Assembly: GCA_019828565.1 (NCBI GenBank)
Contig: JAHDYR010000025.1
Coordinates: forward strand, 960,509 to 1,024,508
Direction of reading: 5' to 3'
DNA: 64,000 bases
Origin: Carpediemonas membranifera BICM
Taxonomy: Eukaryota > Protista > Fornicata
The number at the start of each line of letters is the position of its first letter. The stretch's first letter is position 1. The notes under the pieces are model-generated. The model was not told where the DNA came from. It saw only the letters and a list, made by a program, of their open reading frames with translations, and ran no database searches. The position numbers were made by a program, and so were the translations under genes. Below, in pieces: positions 46,015 to 56,638 of the stretch.

Positions 46015-47625
46015 ATGAGCAGCGCTAGTTCCTCGCCATCGGCCATCAGAGATGCGCTTATCTCCGTATTCCGCGCCTCGCTCGTTGTAACGGCCTCCAT
46101 CTCCGGGGACATCCCCTCGTTGCTCCAGCACGCCTACTCCAGACACTTCGGCGAGCAGATGCCCTCGATCCACAACAACAAGAGCACTGTTACACCAACG
46201 AGCGTCCCTCCTCGCCACGCTCTCCAAGATCCCCCCTCTCGAACCAACCGCGCAAGCCCTCCTCGACCGCGCCCGCTCGATCCTCACCAGCGGCCCCCCG
46301 CTGTCCATGAACGTCGAGCTCGCGGACGGCGAGGAGCTCCCGGTCGCCATGCACACGCTGAACCAGGGCGCGGTGTGGGCGTGTCTCATGGGTGGTGGGG
46401 CCAACCCCGACCTCGAGGACAGGGTGCTGGAGGAGGCAAGAGAGGAGGAGCCAGATGATATTGAGATGCATAACAGAATCCGCAAGGCTCTCACCCCCGA
46501 GGCCAAGTGCCTCTGGTTCCTCTGCCGCAAGTTCTTCTTCTCGCTGAACGTCGCTGAGAAGGACGGCGAGAGCTATCAGTACACAGTATACGGCGATTGC
46601 TACCACCACCTCATGTACATGGGCCGACTCTTCATGCTCGACACTGACTATCACGCCGCCCTCACCAGGGCCAGGATGCCCAGGGCCCTCGAGGTCTACA
46701 GCGACTGGACCACCCACATCGCCAGGACACCCAAGGGTCTGTGGGGCTGGGGTGATAGCGGATATGGTCAGCTGGGGTTCAAGTCATCTGGGTTCGTCGA
46801 CCCGACCCGCCTCACCTTCCCCGCCTGCCCAAGGTCGCCGAGCACGAGGCCAGCCTGCCCCCCTGGGAGAAGCACAGGGTGGTGACCGATGTGTCGATGG
46901 AGAGATGGCAGACGTTCATACTCACCCCAGTCAGCACTGTCATGGCTGGTGGCAGTTCAGAAAAGTTTGTCGACCCGGTCGAGCGGGAGAAAAACAAACA
47001 CCTCTTCCACCCAGTCGCCGTGCCCGGTGGCTTTGTCCCAGATCACATCATGCATGTGGGTCCGTTGCATGCAGTGACTGTCATCCTCTCCATGGGCGAT
47101 CGGCAGGTGATCAGCGGAGAAAGCTGGAAAGGCCAGCTGGGACTTGGTCATGAGAATGATATGTCTGGATTCGTCGACTTGCCATTCAGGGTCGACCGGA
47201 TCATGACTCCTGAAGATGATTTTAACGTCTTCCTCTGCGACCGCCAGCTGCTGTTCGCCGGCGAAGTTCCCCGTCCTATCGCCCAGTCGGGCCTGCTGCC
47301 TGGGTACAGCGAGGGCGACAAGTGCCTCACAGCCACCCAACTCCGGTTCCCAGAGAGAGTCAAGGGATTCTTTTGTGACTATGATCTTATCTGGGTCACT
47401 GAGGGCCGCACTCATCTATGCGACGGAGAAAACCAGTACAGCGTGCCTTTTGAGGCGACGGCAGTTGGTATCACAACTCAAGAAGATGAAGCCTTCAGCT
47501 CATTCCGCGACGCTACTGGCCAGTTGTTCAGGGTATCCGAGGCTGGCGCTGAGCCAGTCGAGTGCGAGACGCCCGAGTCGTGGGAAGACATCATTCCCGT
47601 CGACATCGACCCGTATGGTTCATAA
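46015..47625 (+). pseudogene. RCC1-like family copy R9
   Basis: 14-nt deletion near 46207 and 1-nt deletion at 46828..46830; leader cut by the CRE-like element. Confidence 0.87.
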
Positions 47626-47789
47626 ATAGTGACAGCCGACCTGATTCGAGTATCTTAACCACTCATCCACTCAATCAAACCCAAAAGCCAATTGAGCACA
47701 GCTTCCCGCTCTAGAAGAACGTCTTTGTCTCGAATCGTCAAGCCTATTCCGCCATACATCTAACCTTTGCTTGAACAAGCAAGAGTGTC

Positions 47790-47886
47790 AGATGGGGTGA
47801 TCAAGTTGGGTGAGTGCGAGGCCAAATCATCTATAAGATTTGAATGATATCATCCCTGTCGACCTGACGACTCTGCTGTGACAGCC
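47790..47886 (+). pseudogene. Decayed C-terminal relic of the RCC1-like family
   Basis: DGVIKLGECE...DIIPVD followed by GTGACAGCC, resembling the family 3' end. Confidence 0.55.
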
Positions 47887-48270
47887 TGAGTAGCAATCGC
47901 CCAAGTGAGGGATTTATGTGCCAAACCTGGTCGTCTGTGCGAAAATATTGTCACGTGCGATGTGTTCACATCGTGTCAGACTTGATGCACATCTTGATGC
48001 TCGGTGCAACTAGTTCTGGATCTATCTCGCGTAAGCAGCTGGCTTAGGCCGACAGCTCGACTGGGAGGAGCTCTAGTTTTCTGTAACTGGCTCAGCAACG
48101 ACAGTAACGACAGCAATTACGACGCTCCTCATGACTCTCTGCCCAGTGCTTCTCTCCATGCCCACACACTGCCTGGACTCCTACCAACCCCGACTGCCCA
48201 GTGGTCAAGTCCGCCTCAGTGGTAACATGTTACATGTTGCTGGTGGCACAGACAGAATTCAACATTTCAT

Positions 48271-48765
48271 TTAACAGGAGATACCGCTCTTGAGAGTAGC
48301 GACCATAATAACTGACACAATCATGCCATACAGGCCGAGGACCTCACCAAAAACAAGCAAGAGGATCATGCCGATGAAAAGCTTAGGCTCGCGGGCAATG
48401 GCGCGCGTCACAGCGTCACCGGTGATGCCGATAGCGATACCAGATGCAAGGGACGCCACACCGACTGAGAGACCGGCGGCAAGGTGGGCAAACCCGTCCC
48501 AAATAGGATAGTTGGAAGCGCTCCCCATGTTGAGCATGATGAAGAAACTGGTGATGAGGCCGTAAATACCAAGCATACCAGCCATAAGAACGGGAAGAAT
48601 GTGCTTAATGACGGCGCCAGGCTTCTGTACACCGAGTGTGACGATACCGACACCGGATTTGGCGGTACCGTATGCAGCACCAAGGCAAGAAAGGCCGATA
48701 GCGGCAGCAACTCCCATGAAACCAAAGAAAGGGGCAGAAGCAGGGCACAGATCAGACGTCGCCAT
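48271..48765 (-). CDS. VMA3: V-type ATPase proteolipid subunit c
   Basis: APFFGFMG, GAAYGTAKSG, PVLMAG, FGEVLGLYG with the conserved Glu. Confidence 0.95.
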   Translation of the reverse strand: MATSDLCPASAPFFGFMGVAAAIGLSCLGAAYGTAKSGVGIVTLGVQKPGAVIKHILPVLMAGMLGIYGLITSFFIMLNMGSASNYPIWDGFAHLAAGLSVGVASLASGIAIGITGDAVTRAIAREPKLFIGMILLLVFGEVLGLYGMIVSVIMVATLKSGISC

Positions 48766-49427
48766 GACTCGTTGATAGTGCATCTTTTTTCCAGAAAAAA
48801 AGGGATGGTTTGAATACTCCATGGAGGGTCGGAAATAGAGTCTGCTACTGCTCAAAAATGAGATTGACGCCATGCGTTACCTACTAACCGTATTTTTATC
48901 AGGCAATTTTGTGGAAATCGTCTGGAGATCGGTTGGCAATATCGACAGCAGCGGCCCATGGCAAGCGCAGGATAGTGCGCTATGATCCTATAAGTCGCTT
49001 CTGTCGACACCGAAAATAGTAGAAAGGGCCATTCTGAACTATCATAGAGTGCACAGTGCAAGCACTGCGTCTCTCCACTGCAATTAGCTTGCCCGGAGGC
49101 GAAGACTAGCGGCTGGTTAGCCGTAATTGGTGTATTGGGGTTATAGTTGGGAAGACGGGCTGGATTTCTGAAAGCACTGGCTTGATACTGTGCATCCGTC
49201 ATGAGGCCGCAATCCAAGATGTTCTGTGCAGCAGTCTTGTCTCTGTGGGAGAGATTGAGCCAAGTGGTGGTAGGATCGGAATTGAGGCGTTGCTGTCTGT
49301 ACCATGGAGCACCTTGACAATTCGGGTTGTGGCATCGCATCGTGCGCCTCGTGTAGCGAGTTCTACGGAACCTCGCGGGGCAGAAGGGGCAGACGAGTGA
49401 GATACTGCAGTCTTCCGATCTGATTTA

Positions 49428-49657
49428 TATATAAACTGCACAATGACTCAGGGGTGCAGGGCAAATATGACCCAATCAATTGATCACCACAGCTGCCTCC
49501 TCTCCCGGTGGTTGATGACCCCCGACGATGATGACTGACTATCGAAATATCACTCTCAAGAAGAAGGAAGGGAGAACGGGAAGGGGTAATGAAGTATCAT
49601 AGAGTGCACAGTGCAAGCAGTAAAGTAGGGCTCTCAATCGTCTATAGCAGACTTCAC
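49428..49657. repeat. 230-bp dispersed intergenic repeat, copy 2
   Basis: Matches 34256..34485. Confidence 0.9.
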
Positions 49658-49717
49658 ATTCATTCTTCGCAGTTTTGCCTGCAGTTCTGCGAGGGCTTGA
49701 CAATTCTAACCAACCGA

Positions 49718-50199
49718 TGGATTTCAGTCCAGATGATCTGGAAACAGCGTCCTTCAACTCCGATTCTTCGGTACTACCCGCAGATAACAAGAGTGATTGG
49801 ATCGACGTCCTTCTCACCGCCGCAGCCCAGTTTCCCAACGAGTTCCCAGTTGCTCAAGCTTTAAAACAAGCTCCTTTGCCCAGAAAGAGAGCTACACGAA
49901 GATCTCACACGATGAAGAAGGAATCCCCAGCCCGCCAGCGCAGGTCATGCACGCAACGAGCCCTGCAACGGCGCAAGAAGGCCTCAGATCAGTTCCTCGC
50001 AGTCGCCACCAAGGACGAGAACGGTAGAAGTCGCGTTGAAGTCCTTGAGTGCGCTTGGTTCGATGGCACCGGCTACCCCATTGCTGCTGGCGCCCTCGCC
50101 CACGATCCTTTCACTCCTAATTTCACAGGCCCCCTCCGGCGCTGGAAAATGGCACAGCACATCTTCACCATGTGCAGAGCCCGGCAAACACTTTACTAA
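49718..50199 (+). CDS. Hypothetical basic protein
   Basis: ORF from MDFSPDD; no recognised motif. Confidence 0.45.
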
Positions 50200-50388
50200 T
50201 CTCGCTATGCAACGTTACTCGGTCTTGATGACGAAGACCACCTCGGTTACCGATACTCGGCTTAAAATTATGGTCTAAAACTTAAAATAAACTTCGGATT
50301 GTATGTCTATCTGTGTGACTGCTTTCCATGACCCGTCACGTGCCGTTTGACTTGTTGTTAGCCAGAGTCGTTTCGAGTCATCTGACTT

Positions 50389-51225
50389 TTGTGGAATCTT
50401 CACAATCTAAGGAAAGCGTCAAAGAATGTTGCAAGAATGATGCTAATCAAGCTCATTTGCTTCCTGAGAATGCTCGAAACGACCATTTTTCCTGCAGAGT
50501 CTTTTACAACATCCAGCCGATACCCGTCTTCCAAGGTCGACACCACCAGGGAAACAAGAGAGAACACAAGCCAGGCCAGCTCACTTCCCCTTCCCCGCCT
50601 CCACGTCTGGGTGGTAGATCTTGAGATCCAGCAGTGCGGAGTCGGCCGGCAAGACGCCCTCGACCTCAAGCACGCCCTTGGCAAGGTCAATAGCCACAAG
50701 TTTCACTGGTACAAGGTGGATGCTGCCTTCTACTGTCCGCGTGGGCTCAGTATGCAAGATATCTCCGTTATAAACGGTAGCGTTAAACTGCCGGGGGTCG
50801 GCGAATTCGGAGAGGGAACCGAGACGACCTGGGAGGGGAACATAGTTGCCCACGTGGCCGGGCGCAAGAGATACTTGCTGAGTACCTTCGCATGCGGTTG
50901 GGGCTGGGCTAGGCGAAGGTGGGGCGAGGAGAATGAGCCAGAGATGGCCACCGACGAACCCATCCAGGCTGTTCAGGCCAGGAAGGAGACGAGGGACAAA
51001 AGCTAGAGTGTGCTTGTTTTCTTGCGTGGTAATGGAAGCTATTGGAGCCGTCCAAAGGGATGCGTTGGCTGAAACGGTGCGGGTATTATTCACGAGAGCC
51101 GCATCACCATCCAGCATCTTCTTCCGAAGCTCCTCGCGCTTCTGTTTCAATACAGCAATATCATCTGTGAATTGAGCTATCTGATGCTCGAAATACTCAA
51201 CGCTGACGCCATCTTCGTCACTCAT
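50389..51225. CDS. Unresolved overlapping hypothetical ORFs (+50389..51006; -50581..51225)
   Basis: Both about 200 aa; the minus ORF begins with a coiled-coil-like MSDEDGVSVEYFEHQ. Cannot decide which is real. Confidence 0.3.
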
Positions 51226-51378
51226 GGCTCGTTCAGCACTAAAATGCGTAATCGCGAAGTCTACCCGAATCACGTCCACCTGCACTCAGCTCTGCTCACA
51301 CGACGTTTGACTTGCCAATCAAGCGTTCGAGCGAGTCTATTTTTGATGGGATCATGACACCTCAGATCCACCCTGAAC

Positions 51379-51651
51379 ATGGCTAGCGGAAACAAGAGCG
51401 CCGTTGAACTAATGAATGAATACGATAAGAAGTTTTCGAACTTCAAGAAGGCCGGTAAGCAGCGTTTGTAGCCGTTTTCGCCCTTTTATTCAGACAAAGA
51501 CATCAAGAGCCTAATCCTGAGCAAATGGGGCCTTGCAGGCCTCGTCTTGATCATCGTAATCATATTAGCAGTGATCCTGCTCATCATCTTCCTTGTAGCC
51601 TACCTTCGTCTCTTCTCTTTCTTGCCGTCCATCATGACGCTCTTCAATTGA
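51379..51651 (+). CDS. Small (77 aa) C-terminally anchored membrane protein with a 39-nt intron (51455..51493)
   Basis: GTAAGC...TTCAG intron contains an in-frame stop; splicing gives MASGNKSAVELMNEYDKKFSNFKKADKDIKSLILSKWG plus a hydrophobic helix. Not in the ORF track. Confidence 0.65.
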
Positions 51652-52031
51652 GCATCAACACGGGAGATCAGACTCATAACAGCTGAATCATGGTAGTAGC
51701 AGCGTGTACAGTAAACAGATGCCCCAGTTTCTTGTCTCATTGAGCAGTTTGGCTCCAATGGTGACTATTGACCAAATTTTGCCTTGAGTGATGATACTGA
51801 GCCACAGTCACGGCCTTAGTCCAGTCGACGTCGTGTCTTAGCATGGCAGAGTTTGCTCTTTAGCTCCTCACCGCTTGGCCGAGTGTACTGCCAGTCAAGG
51901 TCGACCCTTCACAATTTTTCGCCCAGCCTAGCGACACGCCCATCATGCAGCCTGCTAACCCGCCTGCTAACCCGCCTCGGCGTCGCTCTAGCTTGATATC
52001 TCCGCTGGACTAGAGGCAGAAAATTGCACCG

Positions 52032-54272
52032 ATGAGCACCGATCACAGCTTTGAACAGAAGTTGAATGAGCTGGAGCGCAAATTGGCACTGCAGAACCAT
52101 CTGAAGATGAATGGGATCAACTTTGGCCATGGGAGGCATGGTGCGTCAAGTAGGCGCTACTCCCGGCTTTCGCAAGGCATTTCTACCACATATGCACCAA
52201 GTATCAACCTTTCGAGGGATACGAACAACGGATCACAGGGCCAGCACCACATATCTTCGATGAAACGGCTCACCACACGAACAAGCGTCCGTCAGCAAGA
52301 GGCTGAGCAGCAAACTCTGCGCAAAAACGTAGCAGAGAACAAGACCATAGCCGCGCTACCACTCGGCACGCAGTACCCCGCGCTCAAGTTCTCTCTTGCA
52401 GCCGGTTCGCCAATCACTCTCCCTCTGAGAGAGTCAAACGACACAGTCCTCAGTCGACTGAACCTCGACGCCATCTCCAGGACAGTAGTGGCATTCTCAG
52501 ACATCCACGGCCTCATGTACTACCCGCAGTACTCGGCCCTCGTCTCTGCTGTCTGGTGGCTGATGCACGTGCTCGTCTTTGAAAACGAGGACGATTGGAA
52601 GAAAGAAACGGCCCCACCGGCCATCCCAGCGGTAGGCGAGGAGCCAGACTTGTTCCAGCAGCACCTAGACATATCAGAATACCCAAAGTACGACGACAAC
52701 ATCCGCCTGAGCTCCGTCTCGTGGCTCAGGGATGTAGTAGCCACCTCCTACGTCTCCCTCCATCGCCGACTCGAGCCCCGAGTCAAAGACAGACTGACGG
52801 ACATGCTCCCATACCTAGTGACCGAGTCCGTCGTCGAGTCGATCCACTCACTTTGGCCCAGGGCGGCACAGATCGACTGTCCACTGCCGTTCGCCAACAT
52901 GCTGAGGTGCGAGGTGGTGTTCTCGATGACCGGCATTGAACACCCCCCGGACACTGTGGCTGCGAAAGCTGCCCGTCTCTTCGCGCCGATGGTGCTCAAA
53001 GCTACTGAAGAAATCGTCGATGAGCCGCTCTACCACGCATTTGAACTTTTCCCAAGGCAGTTTAAGCCGACCACGCGTGCTTTCGTCGCCCCTAGGAACA
53101 TGTACAAGATCCCTGAGCTCCCCTCAATGCCCGAGGAGACGAAGCAAACTCCAGTGCAAGTCAACAAAAAGAAGGACCCCGCCAACACTTCTGTGGCCCA
53201 GATGAAGGCTGCGGCAGGCCTCGCGGATGAAATGACTGACGCTATGCGAGCTAGGTTACTCAGTAAGGCGGTGGGGGCGTTCCAGGATGCAGCGATCACC
53301 AAGCCTTCGTACCTCGTGGCAAAGGAGGAGGCTTCGTTCGAGAATAGAGTCAAGGAGAGGGAAAGTGACGAACTCACCGTTAGATTATACAAATCTAAGA
53401 TCGTGGTACCCAAATCTCGGGCAGTTGATCGCCCAATCAAACAAAATCGCCTGGACATGTACTCCCTATCCCCTATTGTCACCACATATCAGCGCCTGAT
53501 GAAAGAAAAACAGGCACACGCCTGGATTCTCTCCGTGACCCAGGCCGAGCAGGCCAAGGAGGACGAACTCGCCCGTGCACTCAAGCAGTCCACGTTTAGG
53601 GCAAGCAGTGGGCGGACACCGCTGAGGTCGTCCATGGCGGTTGGGTCTTTGACTCCGCTTGACTTGCCCGCAGTTTATGGCTATATCGCGCAAGACTGCA
53701 CGCACCAGGCAGCACGGTCGAAGTCGGTTTGTGCCGGTGAAATCCGTCATCTTGAGCGGCAGCAGGAGAAGCATTCGAAGGCTGTTCGACGCCAACAAGC
53801 GTTGAGCAAGAAGCTAGTTGACGAACGCAAGCGGATCGAGCTCGACCGCCTGGCTGTGCTGGGCGATGGCCTCGAGGAGGGCACGTCAACCTCGGTCCAC
53901 ATCCAGCGGGCCCGTACCTCCCTCCAGCACCGCATGGACGTGTCCGAGCGGGCAGCAGAGGAGCGAGCGAACGCCGCCCGCCCCGGCCTCTTGCCAGTGA
54001 GTGAGCTGGCGAAGCAGCTGGGACATGAGCCACTCGGCATAGCAGGACGGGGCAGTTTCACGAGCCAGGGGACGAGGCGGGCGCGGCGGGGGCGGGAGCA
54101 GCAGAGGGTGACCATGGCTGAAAGCGCTGTCGCTGATAGAAGAGCGTTTAGCGAGATGGCTGTGCGATGCCCGCTCAAGGCGATAGTTCCAGAGTCGGTG
54201 TCGCCGTCCAGGGCGGCGCGGAGGACCATGGAGAGCGTGCTGTCGCCGTCGCTCAAGGGACAGTATGATTGA
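52032..54272 (+). CDS. FAM227-like (FWWh domain) protein
   Basis: SAVWWLMH...VATSYVSL...KDRLTDMLPYLVTESV pattern recalled for FAM227. Confidence 0.6.
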   Translation: MSTDHSFEQKLNELERKLALQNHLKMNGINFGHGRHGASSRRYSRLSQGISTTYAPSINLSRDTNNGSQGQHHISSMKRLTTRTSVRQQEAEQQTLRKNVAENKTIAALPLGTQYPALKFSLAAGSPITLPLRESNDTVLSRLNLDAISRTVVAFSDIHGLMYYPQYSALVSAVWWLMHVLVFENEDDWKKETAPPAIPAVGEEPDLFQQHLDISEYPKYDDNIRLSSVSWLRDVVATSYVSLHRRLEPRVKDRLTDMLPYLVTESVVESIHSLWPRAAQIDCPLPFANMLRCEVVFSMTGIEHPPDTVAAKAARLFAPMVLKATEEIVDEPLYHAFELFPRQFKPTTRAFVAPRNMYKIPELPSMPEETKQTPVQVNKKKDPANTSVAQMKAAAGLADEMTDAMRARLLSKAVGAFQDAAITKPSYLVAKEEASFENRVKERESDELTVRLYKSKIVVPKSRAVDRPIKQNRLDMYSLSPIVTTYQRLMKEKQAHAWILSVTQAEQAKEDELARALKQSTFRASSGRTPLRSSMAVGSLTPLDLPAVYGYIAQDCTHQAARSKSVCAGEIRHLERQQEKHSKAVRRQQALSKKLVDERKRIELDRLAVLGDGLEEGTSTSVHIQRARTSLQHRMDVSERAAEERANAARPGLLPVSELAKQLGHEPLGIAGRGSFTSQGTRRARRGREQQRVTMAESAVADRRAFSEMAVRCPLKAIVPESVSPSRAARRTMESVLSPSLKGQYD

Positions 54273-54467
54273 CGATTTGATCGGTGTTTGATCGATCATT
54301 GTAAAATGTAGCAGCACAGATTTGTTTATTTAGAGTGACACTAGAAAGCTGTTGTCCGACAAGCAGCACACTGATAACATCTCAGTCACTGTCTTTCTCC
54401 AGGCATTTTTAGACAAGACGACACGTTGTGGCAACTACTAAAGAACAGACAAGTGTTTATCAATTGA

Positions 54468-55500
54468 TTACTCAACGTGCCCGAGTCCCAGCCGGCCTTT
54501 CCAGCTTTCTCCGCTGATCACCTGCCGATCGCCCATTGAGAGGATGACAGCGCTGTTCCATGCATGCATGATGTGATCTGGGACAAATCCAGTGGGCACT
54601 GCTACTGGGGTGAACAGACGTCTATTGCCCCTCTCGGCTTCGCCTATGAACCAATTCGCCTTGTTGCCCGCCATGACAGTGCCGACTGGGGTGAGTATGA
54701 ACGTCTGCCATCTCTCCATCGACACATCGGTCACCACCCTGTGCTTCTCCCAGGGGGGCAGGCTGGCCTCGTGCTCGGCGACCTTGGGGCAGTTGGGGAA
54801 GGTGAGGCGGGTCGGGTCGACGAACCCAGATGACTTGAACCCCAGCTGACCATATCCGCTATCACCCCAGCCCCACAGACCCTTGGGCGTCCTGGCGATG
54901 TGTGTGATCTCGTTGCTGTAGACCTCGAGGGCCCTGGGCATCCTGGCCCTGGTGAGGGCGGCGTGATAGTCAGTGTCGAGCATGAAGAGTCGGCCCATGT
55001 ACATGTGGTGGTGGTAGCAATCGCCGTATACTGTGTACTGATAGCTCTCGCCGTCCTTCTCGGCGACGTTCAGCGAGAAGAAGAACTTGCGGCAGAGGAA
55101 CCAGAGGCACTTGGCCTCGGGGGTGAGAGCCTTGCGGATTCTGTTATGCATCTCAATATCATCTGGCTCCTCCTCTCGTGCCTCCTCCAGCACCCTGTCC
55201 TCGAGGTCGGGGTTGGCCCCGCCGCCCAGCAGACACGCCCACACCGCGCCCTGGTTCAGCGTGTGCATGGCGATCGGGAGCTCCTCGCCGTCCGCGAGCT
55301 CGACGTTCATGGACAGCGGGGGGCCGCTGGTGAGGATCGAGCGGGCGCGGTCGAGGAGGGCTTGCGCGGTTGGTTCGAGAGGGGGGATCTTGGAGAGCGT
55401 GGCGAGGAGGGATTCGAGAGAAGGGACGCTCGTTGGTGTAACAGTGCTCTTGTTGTTGTGGATCGAGGGCATCTGCTCGCGGAAGTGCCTGGAGTAGGCG
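54468..55500 (-). pseudogene. RCC1-like family copy R10 (3'-truncated, 5' interrupted by Gypsy-B)
   Basis: Homology from HAYSRHF to LGLGH; breaks at 55500/55501. Confidence 0.87.
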
Positions 55501-55579
55501 TGTATTGTGGCCCTATGAGCTAATCAACTGATGACGTTTTTAAACTGCACACTTCTCTCTCTTGCTCTGTCGCAGCACA

Positions 55580-56638
55580 ATGAATTCATTAGCGTTGTCC
55601 GATATGCAAGTAAGTCCTCTTAACTTAGACGGACTTCCCACGCTGCCGGATTTGCCAGTTCCGGCAGCTCTCGCTACTCCAGAGGAGTTTCAGGCCCGTA
55701 TTGACGTTCTTGAGGCTCAAGCACGTCTAGCCGCTGTCTTGCGGCAGTCTTCGGGCTCCTCACCAATGGTAGCCGTTAAGCGTCCTCGTTGCCCGCTCTC
55801 ACTCGCCGGTCTTGGCGAAGATCAGTGGCGGACCTACCTGGAGGCATACGAGCGGTTTAAGCTTGCTCATCCCATGGCAGAGAGTCCCATGTGCGGCGTT
55901 AGCCATCTGCTGCCGGCGATGCGGCTCGACTCTCGCCTCACCAACATCCTCCCGCTCCACCAGGCCTGGGCCACCCGTGCGGCTTTTCCGCCCACGTCCC
56001 AGGCAGCCCTCTCAGTGGAGCTGGCGGCCACTCAGGCTGATTTTGATCGCCTGAAGGCCATCGTGGCCGCTGCGTTCACCTTGGCCGATCCTACTCTCCT
56101 TCAGCGCGACCTGCTAGCAAAGGGTCTGGCCCTCTGGCGCGGCAGCCTTCCCCCCAGCCCCGACCTGGCTATGTCGGCCGTAGTGACGGCCTTTGAACAG
56201 GCCCGGGTCTGGCTGGACCCCACGGGGATTCTTTCCCCCGCTGCTGTCTTGCGCACCTTCACCGCGACTCTCAAAGAGGCGCCTGCCAGCATTAGGCAGG
56301 CGCATGAGTGTCTGGCGGCGCTCCGCAAGAACACTGACGTCACGCAGCTGGCCGTCGACGTCATCGCCGAGCTGCGTGCCGTGGAGACCGCGCGTCGCCG
56401 CGCAATGACGTATCAGGCCGCCCCCAGCCTGCCTGTTGCCGCACCGACGCGTACCGTCATGCCACTCCCGGCTACCCCTGCGCCTGCATCATTGGTTCAT
56501 CCCCCTCGTGGGCAGGTTAAGGCCGAGGCTACTCCGAAGTTCCCCGCCGTGCCACGTAAGGACGCCCGTAAGCAGGGCGACCATAAGGCCCTTTTGGGTT
56601 CAAAGGACGACACCCACGTCAACGCCAAGTTCGCCTAG
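55580..56638 (+). CDS. Gag-like ORF of Gypsy-B
   Basis: Position directly after the putative LTR; helical then Pro-rich; no knuckle retained. Confidence 0.6.
   Translation: MNSLALSDMQVSPLNLDGLPTLPDLPVPAALATPEEFQARIDVLEAQARLAAVLRQSSGSSPMVAVKRPRCPLSLAGLGEDQWRTYLEAYERFKLAHPMAESPMCGVSHLLPAMRLDSRLTNILPLHQAWATRAAFPPTSQAALSVELAATQADFDRLKAIVAAAFTLADPTLLQRDLLAKGLALWRGSLPPSPDLAMSAVVTAFEQARVWLDPTGILSPAAVLRTFTATLKEAPASIRQAHECLAALRKNTDVTQLAVDVIAELRAVETARRRAMTYQAAPSLPVAAPTRTVMPLPATPAPASLVHPPRGQVKAEATPKFPAVPRKDARKQGDHKALLGSKDDTHVNAKFA

Noticed and set aside
48852-49340. Zinc-finger-like ORF containing CLHCALYD
   Set aside because: The motif derives from the repeated 25-mer and the Cys spacing fits no known finger.
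5465-55500. Diversity-generating retroelement explanation for the RCC1 variation
   Set aside because: Variation is block exchange with indels, not adenine-specific substitution, and the RTs present are Gypsy, CRE and LINE types.
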